Shown here: positions 60,160 through 64,000 of the stretch, one piece after another
Numbering within the stretch: the first letter of the stretch is position 1
Layout of the letters: every line of letters starts with the position of its first letter
From: Candidatus Thalassarchaeaceae archaeon
GTDB taxonomy: Archaea; Thermoplasmatota; Poseidoniia; Poseidoniales; Thalassarchaeaceae
Assembly (NCBI GenBank): GCA_023700255.1
Contig: JAJPRD010000001.1
Location: 53,566-117,565, forward strand
Direction: 5' to 3'
Length of the DNA: 64,000 nucleotides
The notes under the pieces: model-generated
Database searches by the model: none
The model's input: only the letters and a program-made list of their open reading frames with translations
What the model was told of the DNA's origin: nothing
Position numbers and translations under genes: made by a program

Positions 60160-61156
60160 AAAAATCTTAATCGAACTAAATAATGTTAAAAAATGGTTCC
60201 CCATAAAATCGGGTCTACTATCTCCCGTGAAAAATTTTGTTCATGCAGTCGATGGAGTCAGTCTTGTTGTAAATAAAGGTGAAACACTGGGTGTAGTTGG
60301 TGAATCTGGTTGTGGGAAGACTACTCTAGGGCGACTTATTCTTAATTTAATACCGATAACTTCCGGCTCAATAATATACGAAGGCGTCGAATTAAAGCGA
60401 ATGAGAAATAGAGATATTAGGAAAAAAATGCAGATTGTATTTCAAGATCCTGGCGGGTCAATGAATCCTCGTATGACAGTGAGATCAATAGTATCTGAAC
60501 CTTTGATTGTAAATGGTCATTCTGATGGGGCTGAAATGACTAAGAAAGTAGGTGATCTGTTAGAATCGGTTGGTCTGAAAAAAAACCATATGACTCGTTT
60601 TCCTCATGAATTCTCAGGTGGGCAAAAACAAAGAGTTGCTTTAGCTAGAGCATTAGCTCTAGAACCAGATTTCATACTTCTAGATGAGCCAACAAGCGCA
60701 TTAGATGTTTCAGTTCAGGCGCAAGTTCTAAACTTATTAGACGAGATTCAGAAACAAAGAGGCTTAACATTCGTTTTCATAACTCATTCTCTAAATGTGG
60801 TACATCATATATCTGATAGAGTTGCTGTTATGTACCTCGGGAAAATCGCCGAGTTAGCTAAAACCGATGACTTATTTGAGCGACCAGCCCACCCGTATAC
60901 TCATGCTCTACTTTCCGCTATTCCTGAGCCAACTGTAGGTCAGGACAGGTCTGAAAGAATAGTGTTGAGTGGAGACGTTCCTAGTCCTGCTGATCCACCT
61001 TCAGGATGTCGTTTTCATACAAGGTGTCCGATAGCAAAACCGGGTACTTGTGATGTTGAAGAACCCGAGTTAATTGAGATAGATACGGGACATAAAGTGG
61101 CATGTCATTTCCCATTGGTGCCAGGGCAAAAATTACCTATGATCAATGAACAATGA
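60140..61156 (+). CDS. oppF: oligopeptide ABC transporter ATP-binding protein (OppF type)
   Basis: Walker A GESGCGKTT. Signature FSGGQKQRV. Walker B ILLDEPTSALD. Standard length with no insertions. Confidence 0.85.
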   Translation: MKLLSDKKILIELNNVKKWFPIKSGLLSPVKNFVHAVDGVSLVVNKGETLGVVGESGCGKTTLGRLILNLIPITSGSIIYEGVELKRMRNRDIRKKMQIVFQDPGGSMNPRMTVRSIVSEPLIVNGHSDGAEMTKKVGDLLESVGLKKNHMTRFPHEFSGGQKQRVALARALALEPDFILLDEPTSALDVSVQAQVLNLLDEIQKQRGLTFVFITHSLNVVHHISDRVAVMYLGKIAELAKTDDLFERPAHPYTHALLSAIPEPTVGQDRSERIVLSGDVPSPADPPSGCRFHTRCPIAKPGTCDVEEPELIEIDTGHKVACHFPLVPGQKLPMINEQ

Positions 61157-61206
61157 GGTACTCTCATTCTGATTAGTTCTATGACCTTAAGCCCCCTCCC
61201 AGAGTC

Positions 61207-61560
61207 ATGGATGAGTCCGAAGAAAAATCTCCTTCTCTTGATTTCATAGATAAGAAATCTCAGAGGGAAGCTTCCTTCTGGCGATTGAAAAGGGCGTCTG
61301 ATGACCAACGCCACAAGAGAGTCCAATCAATAGTTGGTCAACAATCTGAAGGCTTGAAACTGACATTAGGTCGTCTATTTTATCTCGTCTTGTGTATACT
61401 CTTCGATGGTCTAGTGCTTACTGAGATTCCAATTCGTTTAGGTAGAACTATGCCTTCTTGGTTATTGTTTGGAATAATACTGGGATATGCAATAATTCTC
61501 CAAAAGCAGTATTATGATGAATGGTTTGATGTCGACTTGACTGGCTTAGATATGAATTAG
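61207..61560 (+). CDS. hypothetical small membrane protein
   Basis: 117 aa. Charged N-terminus, then two hydrophobic helices. Confidence 0.3.
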   Translation: MDESEEKSPSLDFIDKKSQREASFWRLKRASDDQRHKRVQSIVGQQSEGLKLTLGRLFYLVLCILFDGLVLTEIPIRLGRTMPSWLLFGIILGYAIILQKQYYDEWFDVDLTGLDMN

Positions 61561-61762
61561 TTCAGCAGTTTCAATAATCTCTTTTTTCATTTGTTCTTTT
61601 CTCTTCACATTCCAATCTTTTTTTTAATCATTTGTTCATCATTTACTATTTTATTTAATCGTATGTACAATAAATGATTCAATTATTGTATTATAAAAGG
61701 TTAAAGCATCTCTTATGTGTTCAATCGAACATATAATAAACCTCATTATTAGACGGTTGCTT

Positions 61763-62773
61763 ATGGCGGATAAAGCAAAATTGGAGTATATTTGGTTAGA
61801 TGGATATTACCCTACACAGAATATGAGAAGTAAAACTATGGTGAGAAATGATTTCAGTGGTAAATTAGAAGATTGCCCCATTTGGTGTTTCGATGGTAGT
61901 TCTACCAAACAAGCAGAGGGTGGTTCATCTGACTGTCTTTTGAAGCCGGTTGCGATTTTTCCAGATCCGGTTAGGGAAAATGGATATCTAGTTATGAATG
62001 AGGTAATGAATCCCGATTCAACCCCTCATGAATCGAATGGTAGGGCAACAATTGATGATGATGATAATGATTTTTGGTTTGGTTTTGAACAAGAATATTT
62101 CATTATGGATGTCGATACACAATTGCCTTTAGGTTTTCCATTAGGTGGCTATCCTGGACCTCAAGGACTCTACTATTGTTCAGTAGGTGGGAAAAATACA
62201 CACGGTCGATCATTTGTTGAGGAACATGCTGATTTATGTATTGGTGCAGGTATTAATTTCGAAGGTATCAATCAGGAAGTGGCATGCGGTCAATGGGAAT
62301 TTCAGTTATTTGCTAAAGGTGCTAAGAAAGCAGGTGATGAGTTATGGATTGCTAGATACTTACTAGATAGGTTGACTGAAAGTTATGGATATTATATTGA
62401 ATATCATCCTAAACCTGTCCCCGGTGATTGGAATGGTTCAGGTATGCATGCTAACTTTTCAGATACTCAATTGCGCGAAAGCGGTGATGAGAAAGTTTTC
62501 AATAATGTATGTGAGGCGTTTGGAAAGAATATCAAAAGGCATATGGATGTCTATGGGGCACATAATGAATTGCGTTTAACAGGACTCCATGAAACTCAAT
62601 CCATTCACTCATTTTCATATGGTGTATCTGATAGAGGGGCATCAATTCGAATACCTATTGGTACAGTGGAAGATGGTTGGAAAGGTAGGCTAGAGGATAG
62701 AAGGCCAGCTTCCAATGCTGATCCCTACAAAATCGCATCTGTAATTGTTAAAACAACTAAATCCACTTATTGA
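61763..62773 (+). CDS. glnII: glutamine synthetase type II (eukaryote-like GS)
   Basis: YIWLDG, CFDGSSTKQAEGGSSD and FGFEQEYF match the GSII N- and catalytic domains. About 337 aa from the ATG at 61763; the ORF track begins 48 nt upstream. Confidence 0.75.
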   Translation: MADKAKLEYIWLDGYYPTQNMRSKTMVRNDFSGKLEDCPIWCFDGSSTKQAEGGSSDCLLKPVAIFPDPVRENGYLVMNEVMNPDSTPHESNGRATIDDDDNDFWFGFEQEYFIMDVDTQLPLGFPLGGYPGPQGLYYCSVGGKNTHGRSFVEEHADLCIGAGINFEGINQEVACGQWEFQLFAKGAKKAGDELWIARYLLDRLTESYGYYIEYHPKPVPGDWNGSGMHANFSDTQLRESGDEKVFNNVCEAFGKNIKRHMDVYGAHNELRLTGLHETQSIHSFSYGVSDRGASIRIPIGTVEDGWKGRLEDRRPASNADPYKIASVIVKTTKSTY

Positions 62774-63699
62774 TTCTTTAGTAATTTAACCACTTCATCA
62801 GCACATCCCCAGGACAGGGTAACTCCAGCTCCTCCATGACCATAATTATGTACGATTGTTTTGTCACTGATTAATTCTTTTTCTAATCTTATTTCATAGC
62901 GTGAAGGTCTTAGTCCAACAGCGGTACCAACAATTTTACTTCTATCTAGTTCGGGCCATAGCGCCTCACACTTCTTAAGGATATATTCTGTATCCTCATT
63001 TCGAATATTTTCGTCCCAATCCCCTTTTTGAGCGGTTCCGCCGAGAACAGTTACATCTCTACGAGGTATTGTGTAGGTTAGTGTGTCAGGTTGTTGATCA
63101 AAGCGCCCAAATCCTGGATCTTGTTCGATATATATCACCTGCCCTCTTACTGGGATAACTGTATCATCATTACATAATTTAGTAGCCCCAATTCCACAAC
63201 AATTTACTATTAAATCGCCTGGTACATCTTCAAGTGATTTGAATTTCCTTAATTCCAAGGTGCCACCTAGCTCTTCAAATCGCGATAATAACCATGGCAT
63301 ATACAAATTCATCTCGATTACCGGAGCTTCTATTTCCCATCCAAAAGAGTAATCTTGAACAATTTCATCTGGTTGGAGAATTCTGAAATGAGGGAGTTCC
63401 AGACTCCAACCTGGTGGGTCACATTTTTTCATTAAATATTCTCTGCCCAGCCTCATAGTAATGAATTCAATTTTGGTTTGGTTTTTTAGATTTAATAATT
63501 CATTGAATGTTTCTGATGCCCATCGATTAGTTTTTTCAATTGGTTCTGCGAGGAATGGGTACCACCAAGCAGCAGCAGTATCTGAGACGGTATTAGGACT
63601 TATTTCTTCAGCCATTATTTTGACATTAAAACCATTTTCTAACAGTCGTATTCCTGTACTTAATCCTGAGACCCCCGCTCCCACTACAGTGACTTGCAT
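62767..63699 (-). CDS. FAD-dependent oxidoreductase, D-amino-acid oxidase family
   Basis: N-terminal VVGAGVSGLSTG Rossmann dinucleotide motif. C-terminal YGHGGAGVTLSWG DAO motif. 310 aa. Confidence 0.7.
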   Translation of the reverse strand: MQVTVVGAGVSGLSTGIRLLENGFNVKIMAEEISPNTVSDTAAAWWYPFLAEPIEKTNRWASETFNELLNLKNQTKIEFITMRLGREYLMKKCDPPGWSLELPHFRILQPDEIVQDYSFGWEIEAPVIEMNLYMPWLLSRFEELGGTLELRKFKSLEDVPGDLIVNCCGIGATKLCNDDTVIPVRGQVIYIEQDPGFGRFDQQPDTLTYTIPRRDVTVLGGTAQKGDWDENIRNEDTEYILKKCEALWPELDRSKIVGTAVGLRPSRYEIRLEKELISDKTIVHNYGHGGAGVTLSWGCADEVVKLLKNQ

Positions 63700-63752
63700 A
63701 GTTTGAGATAAAGGTGAAGTAAATTATTTACTCGGTATCATAACAATCTTGA

Positions 63753-63971
63753 ATGATAGCCCGTCTGGCAATCAAGGGTGGTAAGTTGCCAAAAGTCAAG
63801 AAACCAAAAAAAGGTTGGTTCCGACCCGAAAAAAAGCGACCTCGCCGTGGACCTGTAGTTCAACCTAGTGAGCGGGGTCTGCCTCCATGTCCTGCCTGTG
63901 GGGAATGGAGTATGCAGAAAGATAGTACTCGTAAAGAAATATATTGTGGCTCATGTGGTGCTATTGTTTAG
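63753..63971 (+). CDS. small basic zinc-ribbon protein, possibly ribosomal protein S27ae
   Basis: Lys/Arg-rich N-terminus. CPACG-x14-CGSCG C4 ribbon with spacing resembling S27ae. Confidence 0.4.
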   Translation: MIARLAIKGGKLPKVKKPKKGWFRPEKKRPRRGPVVQPSERGLPPCPACGEWSMQKDSTRKEIYCGSCGAIV

Positions 63972-64000
63972 TTTTTCATCGTAAATCCAATATGGCTTAG

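Noticed and set aside
1-64000. Searched for CRISPR repeats, transposases or integrases, toxin-antitoxin pairs, restriction-modification systems and prophage hallmarks.
   Set aside because: None seen. The gene content is overwhelmingly housekeeping or transport. No regularly spaced direct repeats were noticed.

Overview
This reads as a low-GC (about 37-40% by eye), densely packed chromosomal segment from an archaeon. The diagnostic genes are TATA-box binding protein, archaeosine tRNA-guanine transglycosylase with a PUA domain, ABCE1, a DRG-type GTPase, CTP-dependent riboflavin kinase, archaeal-type NMNAT, archaeal-type triose-phosphate isomerase, an L41e-like micro-ORF and an S27ae-like zinc-ribbon protein. 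The many lipobox-bearing secreted proteins, an oligopeptide ABC importer, an MFS transporter and a BNR/sialidase-like protein suggest a planktonic marine euryarchaeon of the Marine Group II / Thermoplasmatota kind. That placement is an inference. Most genes are housekeeping: ileS, cysS, nadE, truA, tgtA, sucCD, gltA, tpiA, mvk, tatC, grpE, and two tRNAs with genomically encoded CCA. I saw no CRISPR array, transposase or integrase. The strongest unusual signal is an oligopeptide (Opp/Dpp-type) ABC importer whose membrane subunit OppC and cytoplasmic ATPase OppD both carry large in-frame hydrophobic, transmembrane-like insertions at loop positions. In the same operon the substrate-binding protein gene alone has a GC-richer high-expression codon signature and is followed by a hairpin plus oligo-T terminator. 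Smaller observations: a lipobox-proximal Cys-bracketed N-terminal motif shared by two secreted proteins; a 35-aa ribosomal L41e-like gene missing from the ORF track; tandem squalene/phytoene-synthase paralogs; a fused AcnX (DUF521+DUF126) protein in the same window as mevalonate kinase; a GDPD-like protein with its HRG motif at the C-terminus; a TBP with a roughly 60-aa insertion; a eukaryote-type glutamine synthetase II; and tandem class-I glutamine amidotransferase paralogs in an operon with cysS.
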